Assembly (NCBI GenBank): GCA_023717565.1
Contig: JAMQPI010000675.1
Coordinates: 658 to 64,657, forward strand
Reading direction: 5' to 3'
DNA length: 64,000 nt
Source of the DNA: Pyrinomonadaceae bacterium
Lineage (GTDB): Bacteria > Acidobacteriota > Blastocatellia > Pyrinomonadales > Pyrinomonadaceae
Shown here: positions 47,335 through 56,674 of the stretch, one piece after another
Numbering within the stretch: the stretch's first letter is position 1
Layout of the letters: the number at the start of each line of letters is the position of its first letter
Notes under the pieces: generated by a model
Database searches by the model: none
The model's input: the letters and a program-made list of their open reading frames with translations, nothing else
What the model was told of the DNA's origin: nothing
Position numbers and translations under genes: made by a program

Positions 47335-48307
47335 AACTTTTTGGGTCCGATGAGATTTGGTTTTCCAACTCTTGAACTCTGTTTCGTAGCGAGTGAACCA
47401 AGCTCAGAAGGTTCACACCCAACCGCGCACCAATAGGCCATGTCGGCTTCTCGCAGGGACCGTTTGCTACCTGAACTTCCTTCAATACAATTGTTGAGTT
47501 ACCTGTTTTGACGAACACGCCATCGTCGCAGCGACCAACCACCTGTCCAGGCGTGGCGATGTAGGTAGGCCACCATGGATCGTATGCTGCCTTCCAAACT
47601 ATGACCTCCTTATCGCCCAGCAGAGTGCGCGCTCCGGGACCGGGCCGGCTAATAGCTCGCACTTTGTTGAAGAGGTTCAGGCTTGAATCCGACCAATCAA
47701 GCCATTCATCTCCGTCCGCGCGGCCACAGAAGTAGGTACCGCGGTGGTGACGTTGCGGCTGCGTAACCAGGTTGCCATTCTCAATACTTGAGACTGCGTC
47801 ATTCACCAGGGCTGGAAAGTGCTCGACGATTCGCTGGAGAAGGTCACCGTAAGTGTCGTTCCAATTAATCGGCAGTGTTCGCTGGAGAACGATGTCCCCG
47901 GTGTCGATTCCGGTGTCGACCTTGTGGGCTGTGAGGCCGATCTCCGATTCACCATTGATAAGAGCCCAGTTGATGACGTTGCGCCCCCGATAGTTTGGTA
48001 ACTTCCCAGCATGAAAATTAATAAACCCTCGTCGCGTTGAAGTCAGCAGTGGCTGCCTGAGTATCTGATTGCAGGAAATTGAGATACCAAGGTCGGCAGT
48101 CATTGACTTGATCTCTTCCACGAACGCCGGCGCGTTCACATTTGCTGGTTGCAGAATTCGCACGTTGAGGTTGCGTGCCGCCTGCTCCAAACTTGAATCC
48201 GAAGGAATGTGACGAAGTACAACCGCAGCTATCTCATGTCCTGAATGTGCCAAAGGCAACAGGCTATTCGCGGCCCAGAGGCCGTCGCCAAAGATCACAA
48301 TGCGCAT
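47309..48307 (-). CDS. Sugar N-formyltransferase (Fmt-like)
   Basis: INFHAGKLPNYRG, HKVDTGIDTGDI; lies inside the nonulosonate module. Confidence 0.8.
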   Translation of the reverse strand: MRIVIFGDGLWAANSLLPLAHSGHEIAAVVLRHIPSDSSLEQAARNLNVRILQPANVNAPAFVEEIKSMTADLGISISCNQILRQPLLTSTRRGFINFHAGKLPNYRGRNVINWALINGESEIGLTAHKVDTGIDTGDIVLQRTLPINWNDTYGDLLQRIVEHFPALVNDAVSSIENGNLVTQPQRHHRGTYFCGRADGDEWLDWSDSSLNLFNKVRAISRPGPGARTLLGDKEVIVWKAAYDPWWPTYIATPGQVVGRCDDGVFVKTGNSTIVLKEVQVANGPCEKPTWPIGARLGVNLLSLVHSLRNRVQELENQISSDPKSYGATSSLH

Positions 48308-48363
48308 TTGATTATTGAAGCGAGTAGGAGTTCGTGTGGTAACTGTGAGGCAATATATGCAAG

Positions 48364-49416
48364 TTATCCAAAGTCAGCCCATTCGATTTCGTCTTCGCTC
48401 TGCAGATCGCGAAGCAATGGCCTGCCAACTACATATTCTAGTTCGTCTGGCCGGATGCCGCTTCCAGGGCGCTTGAAGTCTATGTCGTTCGGAGTGAGGC
48501 TCTCGCCCTTCTTCAGACTCCGGATCGCTACCATGCGCCGTCGAAATACTTTTCGCTTGGCCAACTGCGACTCATTGACTGCTCTTACCGAGCTGCCGAG
48601 AGACGAGAACACGTTTCTACTTTCTTGCACCAGATGGCTCATCTCAAGCGGATCTGCCGACACAGCGTGATCCCAGCCCTCCATTCCCTTGTCCAGGGTG
48701 AAGTGTTTTTCGATGATGCAAGCGCCAAGTGCGACTGCAGCGAGTGGTATGGAGGCGCCAATCGAATGATCGCTATATCCAACCGGCACATCGAATGCGG
48801 ATTGCATTGTCGCCATGTTACGGAGATTCACGATCTCCGGAGCTGACGGATAGATTGAGACACAATGAAGCAATGCCACCTCGCCCGCCCCTCCTTCTCG
48901 TAACACGCTTAAGGCACGCTCAATCTCTCCCAATGTGGCTAGCCCGGTTGAAAGAATGACGGGCTTGCGCGTTTGAGCCACTCGTTCAAGCAAGGGCAAA
49001 TGATTGACGTCCATCGAAGCGATCTTATAAGCAGGGACGTCGAGTGACTCGAGCAACTCAATCTCCGAAGACGAGAAACAGCTAGAGAAGAACGTGATGT
49101 CACGTTTGCGACAATGCTCTGCTACTTCGCGGTGTTGTTCGGGATTTAGTTGATATTTCTCGACTTCGTCTTCCAGGCTCGGAAGTTTCGCGTGGTCTGT
49201 TCCATATTTGGTGTTTCGCGCGTACTCGGCCTTGGAAATTAATGACCACTTTGACCATGACTGAAACTTTGCTGCATCAGCTCCACAGTCCTTGGCTGCA
49301 TCAATGAGCCTCTTGCAGAGGTCCATGTCTCCATTGTGATTGGAGCCGATCTCGGCGACGATGTAAGGCGGCTCGCCTGCCCCCACTAACCGCCCCGCTA
49401 TGTTTAGTTTCTCCAT
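48364..49416 (-). CDS. neuB: Nonulosonic acid synthase (NeuB/LegI/PseI family) with SAF domain, copy 2
   Basis: AEIGSNHNG, KFQ, KIAS, LSTG, LHCVSIYP, GYSDH, IEKHFT, KRPGSG. Start ATG 49416. Confidence 0.88.
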   Translation of the reverse strand: MEKLNIAGRLVGAGEPPYIVAEIGSNHNGDMDLCKRLIDAAKDCGADAAKFQSWSKWSLISKAEYARNTKYGTDHAKLPSLEDEVEKYQLNPEQHREVAEHCRKRDITFFSSCFSSSEIELLESLDVPAYKIASMDVNHLPLLERVAQTRKPVILSTGLATLGEIERALSVLREGGAGEVALLHCVSIYPSAPEIVNLRNMATMQSAFDVPVGYSDHSIGASIPLAAVALGACIIEKHFTLDKGMEGWDHAVSADPLEMSHLVQESRNVFSSLGSSVRAVNESQLAKRKVFRRRMVAIRSLKKGESLTPNDIDFKRPGSGIRPDELEYVVGRPLLRDLQSEDEIEWADFG

Positions 49417-50306
49417 ATGTATTCCAACTCTGGATGCGCAACACACCACCACCACACATATCGGGGAGTCTTTTGATTGAGCGCTGCAACATAACTGTCT
49501 AATACTTCAGGTGACTCGTTAATGCAGTGGTCAAACAAAAGCGCTCGCTCGTTAGCATCGCGAATGGCGGCGCCGCAAGCACCGTTGACTGGCCGCTCGG
49601 ACTCCAGCAGGCACTGATAGTGACCCAACACTCGCTCTGACGCCTTTACCACCTGATCGCAAGAGAATGGAAGCAACACTCTGGCAATATTTCTGGAGTA
49701 TTGCCGGTAGGCCATCTGAGGTTGTTGTTCAAACTTGAGACTCGCACCCCCAGCCCACGCGCGCGTCGCCAGAGTCCAGTCAACCAGATCGCAAGCATCA
49801 CCCAACGGCAGGCAGTCCCGTACTATCTCCGAGCGGTAGGCCGTATTTGACAAACCAAAAACATTGTAACGAGGCAGCAAGGAACTGAATTGTTCTCCGT
49901 CTGTCCCACCGAAAGTTATTCCCAGATCGCAGCCCTCTTCATCGATAATACTCAGCGCACAACCCACCACGTCATAACTCTCCAGCGCTTTTCGAGCGGC
50001 TGCGATTCTGCTTGGGTAAAGCAGGTCATCACTGTCTACGAAGACAATAGCGGGGTATTCATCAACCAGAAACTCGAGGGCGCCCTGCCGGATTTGTGCT
50101 GGGGAGCCTTCATTGCCCGTGATGAAGTTGATGGATTCAGGTTTGGCACCGGTCAGCTCGATAACCTTGGCGGGATGAAGTGAGTCAAGCCCAATCCAGA
50201 GATCAAACTTGTGATCGGTCTGTGCGACTACCGACTGGTACCAAACCGACAAGTACGGTTCGACACCGGGGTAAACGGTAGTATAGAGAGCAAGACCTTC
50301 AGACAT
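49404..50306 (-). CDS. GT-A (family 2-like) protein of uncertain activity
   Basis: YTTVYP, S..AQT, FVDSDD (DxD), GLSNTA, DW. Confidence 0.6.
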   Translation of the reverse strand: MSEGLALYTTVYPGVEPYLSVWYQSVVAQTDHKFDLWIGLDSLHPAKVIELTGAKPESINFITGNEGSPAQIRQGALEFLVDEYPAIVFVDSDDLLYPSRIAAARKALESYDVVGCALSIIDEEGCDLGITFGGTDGEQFSSLLPRYNVFGLSNTAYRSEIVRDCLPLGDACDLVDWTLATRAWAGGASLKFEQQPQMAYRQYSRNIARVLLPFSCDQVVKASERVLGHYQCLLESERPVNGACGAAIRDANERALLFDHCINESPEVLDSYVAALNQKTPRYVWWWCVAHPELEYIWRN

Positions 50307-51030
50307 GAGCCTCTACTTCCCTCCTCGATAGACTCATCAACATCTCTGCCATCGCCCAGTCATCCTCTGTGTCGATGTCCAGCCCACGCTGCCACGGGAT
50401 TTCCCATCCGGTCCGAGTTGGAACGTGATAGGTCTTTTCGCGCCGAAGCACTTCCGCCTTGGCCCACCAGATGACACCCGTGGGACATAACAGCTCAGGC
50501 AAGTCCTGGCTACGTCGTAACACCTGCTGATTGAAGATCGGTCTCAGTTCGTAACTTTGAGTGCGCTCCATCGCCCACCAAGGATTTTGCCAGCCAAAAC
50601 GTGTCACCGATATTTGCGACTCGGCAGCGGTGGAAACGAATTGCTCAAAGCTAGCACAGACATCGTTCGAATCTCGCAGCGGGCAGTTTGCCATCAGCTG
50701 GGCCACGTTTTGATACTCTTCACCATTTGGGTCGAGTCGGTTCAGTGCGTCAACCGTAGCCAACGAAACCGGTGTATCGTCGTCAGCCAGAACCAAGTCT
50801 CGCAGAAAAGGAACCTCTGCGCCGTGGCGCTCCGCAATCTTGGCGATCTCTTCGCTGTCGGTACTGACAACCACTCGCGCAAAAAGCCCGCTAGTTAGAG
50901 CAGCCTCGATCGTATACGCGATCAAGGGCTTGCCGAGCATCGTTCGAATGTTCTTGCCACGGACTCTCTTTGACCCACCTCGAGCCGGGATAACCGCGAT
51001 CTGGTTGCGTTTCTGACCTGGACTAGGCAC
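50299..51030 (-). CDS. neuA: Acylneuraminate cytidylyltransferase (NeuA/PseF/LegF family), copy 2
   Basis: IPARGGSKRV..KN, VVSTD, PFLR...LADD, DIDTEDD. Start uncertain (GTG 51030 chosen). Confidence 0.87.
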   Translation of the reverse strand: MPSPGQKRNQIAVIPARGGSKRVRGKNIRTMLGKPLIAYTIEAALTSGLFARVVVSTDSEEIAKIAERHGAEVPFLRDLVLADDDTPVSLATVDALNRLDPNGEEYQNVAQLMANCPLRDSNDVCASFEQFVSTAAESQISVTRFGWQNPWWAMERTQSYELRPIFNQQVLRRSQDLPELLCPTGVIWWAKAEVLRREKTYHVPTRTGWEIPWQRGLDIDTEDDWAMAEMLMSLSRREVEAHV

Positions 51031-52759
51031 CGGCAAACGCCCCCCTGTTGGCCAGTAGTCCAACACCGATCCATTGCCAAATGTAGAAGCTGTTGTCAGC
51101 CTCTCCACTGCAGTAGTTTTTCCATTCCGCGCGCACGGAATGTCGGTCTAACCAGGAATTGCCATATGCCGCCAACGCTTCTTCGATCTGACCGGTGGCC
51201 CACTCGCGTAAGGGTCCGCGCAGCCATTCGCGTTGAGGTGTTTGTAGCGGTCGCTTCGGTGCTTCGACTACACCATCCGGAAGCAGATTCTTTGTTATCT
51301 GTCGTAGCAACCACTTGCCTGTACCGTTGGCAATTTTCCGCTCGGCAGGCTGGCGAAGAGCCAGTTCGAAGAGCCGATGATCCAGGAAGGGCTCTCTCAA
51401 CTCGGTCGAAGCGCGCATCGAGACGCGATCGTTGAAGCGCATTGCTCGCGGAATCTTGGTATAACGAGCGTCACGATATTGGAGGTTGCGCAAAGAGTCG
51501 TGAAAGCAATTTGAAGAGCTAAATTGACTGGCCTGCGCGCGAAATTCCGGTGTCAAGCATTCGGCACGTGTGGGACTTTCGCGGGTTCCCTGTACGACCG
51601 AAGTATCATTTCCATTGGCATTTCGGTAATAGTCATATCCGGCCCACTGCTCGTCCATCCCATTCCCATCCAGCAGAACTATTACTCCCTCCGACCGCGC
51701 TGTCTCAAAGAGACGAGCATAGGCCAGTGTCGGTAGTCCACCGAAGGGTTCGTCTTGTGAAATCTGAACCGACTCGGCAAGTGCAGGCACCTCATGCGCT
51801 TCCAGACGACATTCAACTAACTCATGATGCGTTCGACTGAGCATCTGTCGCACCCAGGGCAGTTCGTCATATTGCGGATCGCCGGTCGTGAAGGTGAAAG
51901 CTTTGACGTCGCTGTCCTTACCCTGCGCAGCGTGTACGAGGCCCAACAATGTGGAGGAATCCAGGCCGCCACTCAAATTGATCCCAACCGGAACGTCAGA
52001 GCGAAATCGGAGTTTTACGCTCTCCTCTAGTAAAGCTACATACTCCTCCTGCACATCCGTGATAGACCGGTCATCAAAACGGTCGCCAGTTCGCGCGGCG
52101 AGGTCATACCAACAGGAGACCGAGAGGCGTCCATCCTGCCAACTTAAGGAGTGCCCCGGAGGCAACGCATGAATGCCTTTCCAGAACGAGCGTTCGCTAT
52201 GGTCCGATAGACCAAGGGCCAGGTATGTTGCCCAGGAAGTTTCGTCCGGTTCCTGAGGAACACCAGCGGCATGCAGCGCCTTTATTTCGCTAGCAAGCAT
52301 TAGAGTACCGTCGACTCCATAATGAAAGTAGACGGGCTTGACACCGAAACGATCTCGCGCAGCAAAGAGTTTTTTTGAACGCTGATCCCAAATGGCGAAG
52401 GCAAACATGCCGATGAGGTGATCCAGACATCGCTCACCCCACTTTTCGAAGGCTGCTAGCAGGACTTCCGTGTCAGTGCGTGTACTGAAGGAATAATTCA
52501 GTTCCTGACGCAGTTCAAGATAGTTATAGATCTCGCCGTTGAAGCTAATGTGGTAGCGACCCGTAGGATCAGACATTGGCTGGCGGCCCGCTTCCGAGAG
52601 ATCGATAATCTTGAGGCGGTTGTGCCCCAATCCAGCGTGAGATTCAGGATCAATGTACTTGCCATCGCCGTCTGGTCCGCGATGACGCTGACTTGCCACC
52701 ATCGCGTTCAATTGCGACTGGTTCCAGTTACTTCCAAAAATGCCGGCGATTCCACACAT
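51023..52759 (-). CDS. asnB: AsnB-family glutamine amidotransferase
   Basis: MCGIAG, HRGPD, FNGEIYN, LSGGLDSS, REPFLD. Confidence 0.9.
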   Translation of the reverse strand: MCGIAGIFGSNWNQSQLNAMVASQRHRGPDGDGKYIDPESHAGLGHNRLKIIDLSEAGRQPMSDPTGRYHISFNGEIYNYLELRQELNYSFSTRTDTEVLLAAFEKWGERCLDHLIGMFAFAIWDQRSKKLFAARDRFGVKPVYFHYGVDGTLMLASEIKALHAAGVPQEPDETSWATYLALGLSDHSERSFWKGIHALPPGHSLSWQDGRLSVSCWYDLAARTGDRFDDRSITDVQEEYVALLEESVKLRFRSDVPVGINLSGGLDSSTLLGLVHAAQGKDSDVKAFTFTTGDPQYDELPWVRQMLSRTHHELVECRLEAHEVPALAESVQISQDEPFGGLPTLAYARLFETARSEGVIVLLDGNGMDEQWAGYDYYRNANGNDTSVVQGTRESPTRAECLTPEFRAQASQFSSSNCFHDSLRNLQYRDARYTKIPRAMRFNDRVSMRASTELREPFLDHRLFELALRQPAERKIANGTGKWLLRQITKNLLPDGVVEAPKRPLQTPQREWLRGPLREWATGQIEEALAAYGNSWLDRHSVRAEWKNYCSGEADNSFYIWQWIGVGLLANRGAFAGA

Positions 52760-52789
52760 AAAGAAAAACCTGGTATTAGCCCTTGCTAT

Positions 52790-53581
52790 CTAGCCGACTC
52801 TAATTAACCGCTCTCGCGTTGACGAATGCAAAAGGCTTGCGTTGCGCACCGTTCGGCCGGACTTCTGCGCTGTCGCGACCAAGTGATGCGTGCCCTTGGC
52901 TTGACGCTTTATCGCTTCACCCGACGACTCGATCGTGTTAACCAGATTCGCGAACATACTCAAAGCCGTGACTATAGGCCGCCTGGGGGACCACGATCTA
53001 AGTCCCCAACGCCGGAACGTACCGCCACGTATTGCATACTCCACGGTGACGTTATCGAAGACGGACGAAAGGAGGTCGGTCAATTGCTGACGTGTATAAT
53101 GCCGCTTGTGATCGGGGTTAGTGTTCTTAACGAAGTCACCGTTTGGCGTGGTCATGAGGAACACGCCCTGGCTCTTCAATACTCTGTAGACTTCTCTCAC
53201 AAAGTCGCCGTCCTGCTCCACGTGCTCGAGAACCTCAACTGCGACGACACCATCGAAAGTATCATCTGGGAGTGCTGAGCAAGTCATATCGTCGAAAAGT
53301 ACTTCGCGGACATTCGTTCGCCTGCCAAGGGTTTGACAAATTGTTTGGTCGCTTATCCCAAGGTTAAGTTGCTTCTGAACTTCTGTTTCCCTGGGAAGGT
53401 CGGTGATTGTGACCTGAGCCGGCAAGGCAATTGTGTAGTGTGACTTCCTCCCCCCTACATCAAGGAGGCGCGCGTCCTTCGCGCGAACCTGGGGACTACT
53501 CATGAGTCGCCTGCGCACCAGCTTCATTAGCGGCGGTAGAAACGGCTCTGCGCAGAGGTATGCAAATTCAAAAGGCTTCAT
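52790..53581 (-). CDS. Class I SAM-dependent methyltransferase
   Basis: LLDVGG, FDGVVAVEVLEHV, RVLK.G...TTPN, H.RHYT. Confidence 0.85.
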   Translation of the reverse strand: MKPFEFAYLCAEPFLPPLMKLVRRRLMSSPQVRAKDARLLDVGGRKSHYTIALPAQVTITDLPRETEVQKQLNLGISDQTICQTLGRRTNVREVLFDDMTCSALPDDTFDGVVAVEVLEHVEQDGDFVREVYRVLKSQGVFLMTTPNGDFVKNTNPDHKRHYTRQQLTDLLSSVFDNVTVEYAIRGGTFRRWGLRSWSPRRPIVTALSMFANLVNTIESSGEAIKRQAKGTHHLVATAQKSGRTVRNASLLHSSTRERLIRVG

Positions 53582-54273
53582 TGAATAACAGCGAGCAACT
53601 TTTCGGCGCGCGTCCAGTCTTGCAGGCTATCGATGTTCACTGTGGACTCCGCTTCGATCAGGTGGCCCGCAAGTCTCTTACCGTAGAGGCTGTTCGTTTC
53701 CATCAAGACATCACGCCGGGTCACGTACACCGAACCCTCTCTGTGAAAGGCGGGCGGCAAATCCTGGCGGCGTGAGACCGGTGCATCTTCTCCAGTGCTC
53801 AAGCGCAGAAAGTCTGAGCCATTCTGGAAATATACCCAGTGCGGATTGTGCTCTGGCGGCACTGCCTTGATTGTGACAACGGCGTCGGCACCGGTGGTAT
53901 CAAGGAGTTCGATACACGCATCAATGTCTTCTGATCGGCGCAATGGATTGGTAGGTTGCAGAAGGCAAACTGCATCGAAGCGCTCGCCTTGACTCTCTAT
54001 CCAGCGTAAGGCGTGTTGGACCACGGGCAACATTGGAGTGTCATCCTCAGCCAGTTCCAACGGTCTCATGAAAGGTACTTCCAACCCGCAACTTCTACCG
54101 ACGGCCGCAATCTCTTCACTTTCGGTGCTCAAAATCAATCGCGACAGGAGACGAGCATCCAGTGCCGCCTCAGCTGTGTATTGCAAGAGCGGCTTTCCAC
54201 ACAGCATTCGAGTATTCTTGCCGGGTACGCCCTTTGAGCCACTGCGTGCAGGTATAAGTCCGAGAACCTTCAT
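53578..54273 (-). CDS. neuA: Acylneuraminate cytidylyltransferase, copy 1
   Basis: IPARSGSKGVPGKN, PFMRP..LA.D, LQPTNPLR, RRQDLP, NIDS. Confidence 0.9.
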   Translation of the reverse strand: MKVLGLIPARSGSKGVPGKNTRMLCGKPLLQYTAEAALDARLLSRLILSTESEEIAAVGRSCGLEVPFMRPLELAEDDTPMLPVVQHALRWIESQGERFDAVCLLQPTNPLRRSEDIDACIELLDTTGADAVVTIKAVPPEHNPHWVYFQNGSDFLRLSTGEDAPVSRRQDLPPAFHREGSVYVTRRDVLMETNSLYGKRLAGHLIEAESTVNIDSLQDWTRAEKLLAVIQ

Positions 54274-55428
54274 TTAGTAAGTCAGTCTCTTGTCAATCTT
54301 CAGAGGCGCTTGGGCAAGTACTTGCGAGATGCGTTTGCCGGCTCGTCCGTCGCCGTAAATCGTGTCATGTGGATAGCGCCCGTTGCCCATGTGATGCCGG
54401 ACAGCGTCAACAATTTCAGAGCGATCATAATGAACATCCAGCAGGTTGGTGCCGCGGTCGCGTCCCGCCTGTCGCGAGCCAATGTTTACCACTGGCACGC
54501 CCAGGAAAGAGCATTCGCGAACGCCCACACTGGAGTTGCCGATCAGGCAGCGGCTGTTGTGAAGCAAACGAAGGAAATCCATTCCCTCCATGTTCTTGAA
54601 GAAGTGGATGTTCTTTGGCTGCAAAGTCTCCCGGAAGCTGCGGATGCCGCCCGACGTGCCGTCAGAGCCGGCGTCAACGTTGGGCCAGAACCAAAGCGTA
54701 GGCAGGCCAATTTCTTGCACGGCGTTGAGTGTTTCGAAAACGTGCTCGCGGGCAAGTCCATACTCGGTTGTCACGGGATGCTGCATCACGACCAGGTAAC
54801 CATTTGAAATGTCGAGAGGCGCGCCGACACCGCCGTATCTCTGCAAGGGATCGAAGTTCAGTTTCGGGGCCTCGAGGATTTGTGCAGCTAGATCAATGGA
54901 TGGGCAACCGGTTACATACACAGAACAGGGATCTTCTCCCATCTTCCTGACCCGCTCAGCAGCATTTTCTGAGGAAACCAAATGGAGATCTGCCAGCTTA
55001 GTCACGGCATGCCGGACCTTTTCATCTATGGAGCCGGTCACCTCACCGCCCTGTACGTGGGCCACTGGAATGTTCATGTACGCGGCGGCCACAGCCGTCG
55101 CCAAAGTTTCGTAGCGATCCGCGACTGTGACCACAACGTCCGGACTGAGATTGTCAAACACAGTTGCCAGCTCGAGGACCCCAAGGCCGGTTGTCTTGGC
55201 CATCGAAGCCAGGTTCTCTCCTTCGAGCACCATGTAAACGCGGGCCGAGATCTTGAAACCGTCCTCTTCGATGTATTTCACCGCACTCCCGTAACGCTCC
55301 AGGAGAGCGGAAGCCGCAACCACGAGTTGCAACTCCAGATCGGGATGTTCCTCAATCGCCCTGAGCGCAGTCTTGATCCGGCTATAACTCGGACGCGCGG
55401 TTACTACTACACAAACTTTGCGCCTCAT
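54274..55428 (-). CDS. neuC: Hydrolysing UDP-GlcNAc 2-epimerase (NeuC/LegG family)
   Basis: ARPSY, ADRYE, HVQGGE..GSIDE.VRHAVTKL, QHPVTTE, GNSS, NIGSRQ. Confidence 0.88.
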   Translation of the reverse strand: MRRKVCVVVTARPSYSRIKTALRAIEEHPDLELQLVVAASALLERYGSAVKYIEEDGFKISARVYMVLEGENLASMAKTTGLGVLELATVFDNLSPDVVVTVADRYETLATAVAAAYMNIPVAHVQGGEVTGSIDEKVRHAVTKLADLHLVSSENAAERVRKMGEDPCSVYVTGCPSIDLAAQILEAPKLNFDPLQRYGGVGAPLDISNGYLVVMQHPVTTEYGLAREHVFETLNAVQEIGLPTLWFWPNVDAGSDGTSGGIRSFRETLQPKNIHFFKNMEGMDFLRLLHNSRCLIGNSSVGVRECSFLGVPVVNIGSRQAGRDRGTNLLDVHYDRSEIVDAVRHHMGNGRYPHDTIYGDGRAGKRISQVLAQAPLKIDKRLTY

Positions 55429-56492
55429 CGGCCAATTACCTCGACATCTTCGCGACGAAGGAGTTCATCGGCGTGGAGATTGCGCCGCAAACGCGAGCCA
55501 ACTAACTCTGGCAAACAGCTGGCGGGAATTCCGGTACCAGGCTTCTTCGCAGTTAAGTGCTCTTCGCGTAAGACTGTCCCAGCAGGCAATTCAGTACGTG
55601 TCACCAAGCTCTTGGTGAAAAGATCTCTTAACGGCGCAACTTCGCGGGCGGCAGTGTCTTTGTCAATCGGGTGCGCCAGCATTTTTTCGATGAAGCGCAC
55701 ACCTTCCACCAATTGCTTTAGCTCGCTGGGCGTCAGAGAAACAGGTACATCGGGTCCAAACATGTCGCGACTAAGTGTGACGTGAACCTCCAGGACTTCG
55801 CTGCCCAGCGTGACTGCGGCCAGCCCTGGATAAATCGAACCCGAATGATCAGAAAGACCTACCGGACAGCCATACCGTTCGCGAAAGTAGGAAAGCACGT
55901 TCAAGCCGATTTTTTCCGGCGGGCAAGGATAGGAAGATGTGCATTGCAAGACGGCAATTGGAAGATCGCGCGCCTTTACTCTGGCGACGGCGTCATCGAT
56001 CTCACTAATAGGACTCATACCGGTAGAAAGCAGGAGGGGGAGATTGCTGTCGGCCAAACGCTCAAACATCGAGGCGTTTCCAACCTCGCCGGAAGCTATC
56101 TTCCATGCTGCTACTCCAACGCGCTCAAGTAGTTCGACCGCATCCAGTGAAAACGGAGAACTCAGAAAAAGCAGACCCTTTTCCTGCGCATGTTGTTTCA
56201 AACCACTCCACTGCTCCTCGCTAAACTCCATTCGCTTCCAGTAGTCGTAACGGGAAGCATCTTGAGAACTGAACTTGACGCGCCATGGTTCTTGAGGTGT
56301 GCTTTCCGCTGCGGCGATATGAGTCTGAAACTTGACTGCGTCGGCACCAGTCGCCGCGATGGCGTCGATGAAAGCGTGCGCTATACCAAGGCTTCCATCA
56401 TGCGCTTGGGCCACTTCGCCGATAATCAAGCAGTCTCCTGCTGTCGGGTTCGTGAGGGCGGACTGCCCTTTTAGGACGTCTTTAAATGACAT
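55425..56492 (-). CDS. neuB: Nonulosonic acid synthase (NeuB family) with SAF domain, copy 1
   Basis: EVAQAHDG, KFQTH, KIASGE, STGM, QCTSSYP, GLSDHS, EVH, KKPGTG. Confidence 0.88.
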   Translation of the reverse strand: MSFKDVLKGQSALTNPTAGDCLIIGEVAQAHDGSLGIAHAFIDAIAATGADAVKFQTHIAAAESTPQEPWRVKFSSQDASRYDYWKRMEFSEEQWSGLKQHAQEKGLLFLSSPFSLDAVELLERVGVAAWKIASGEVGNASMFERLADSNLPLLLSTGMSPISEIDDAVARVKARDLPIAVLQCTSSYPCPPEKIGLNVLSYFRERYGCPVGLSDHSGSIYPGLAAVTLGSEVLEVHVTLSRDMFGPDVPVSLTPSELKQLVEGVRFIEKMLAHPIDKDTAAREVAPLRDLFTKSLVTRTELPAGTVLREEHLTAKKPGTGIPASCLPELVGSRLRRNLHADELLRREDVEVIGR

Positions 56493-56500
56493 GTGGAAAT

Positions 56501-56671
56501 CTTCAGATTGCGAATTTCGACATTTCTATCCCGTGACGAACTGGGATTTCAAAATGATTGTCGAATCGGATTGGAATTTCGTATCGAGAAGACAGGAAGA
56601 AACTTGAGAGAGCGGTATGCTAAATAGTTTGCCAAGCTGGAGACAGGAAATTCGAATTCCGCAATCCGAAG
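56501..56671. repeat. Imperfect 20-bp inverted repeat bracketing the wzm-neuB intergenic region
   Basis: cttcagattgcgaatttcga (56501-56520) vs tcgaattccgcaatccgaag (56652-56671), 17/20 complementary; degenerate third copy at 56566-56581. Confidence 0.55.
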
Positions 56672-56674
56672 TTC

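Noticed and set aside
47309..48307. Housekeeping methionyl-tRNA formyltransferase (fmt)
   Set aside because: No def/rsmB context, lacks the usual FMGTP start, and overlaps a sugar nucleotidyltransferase.
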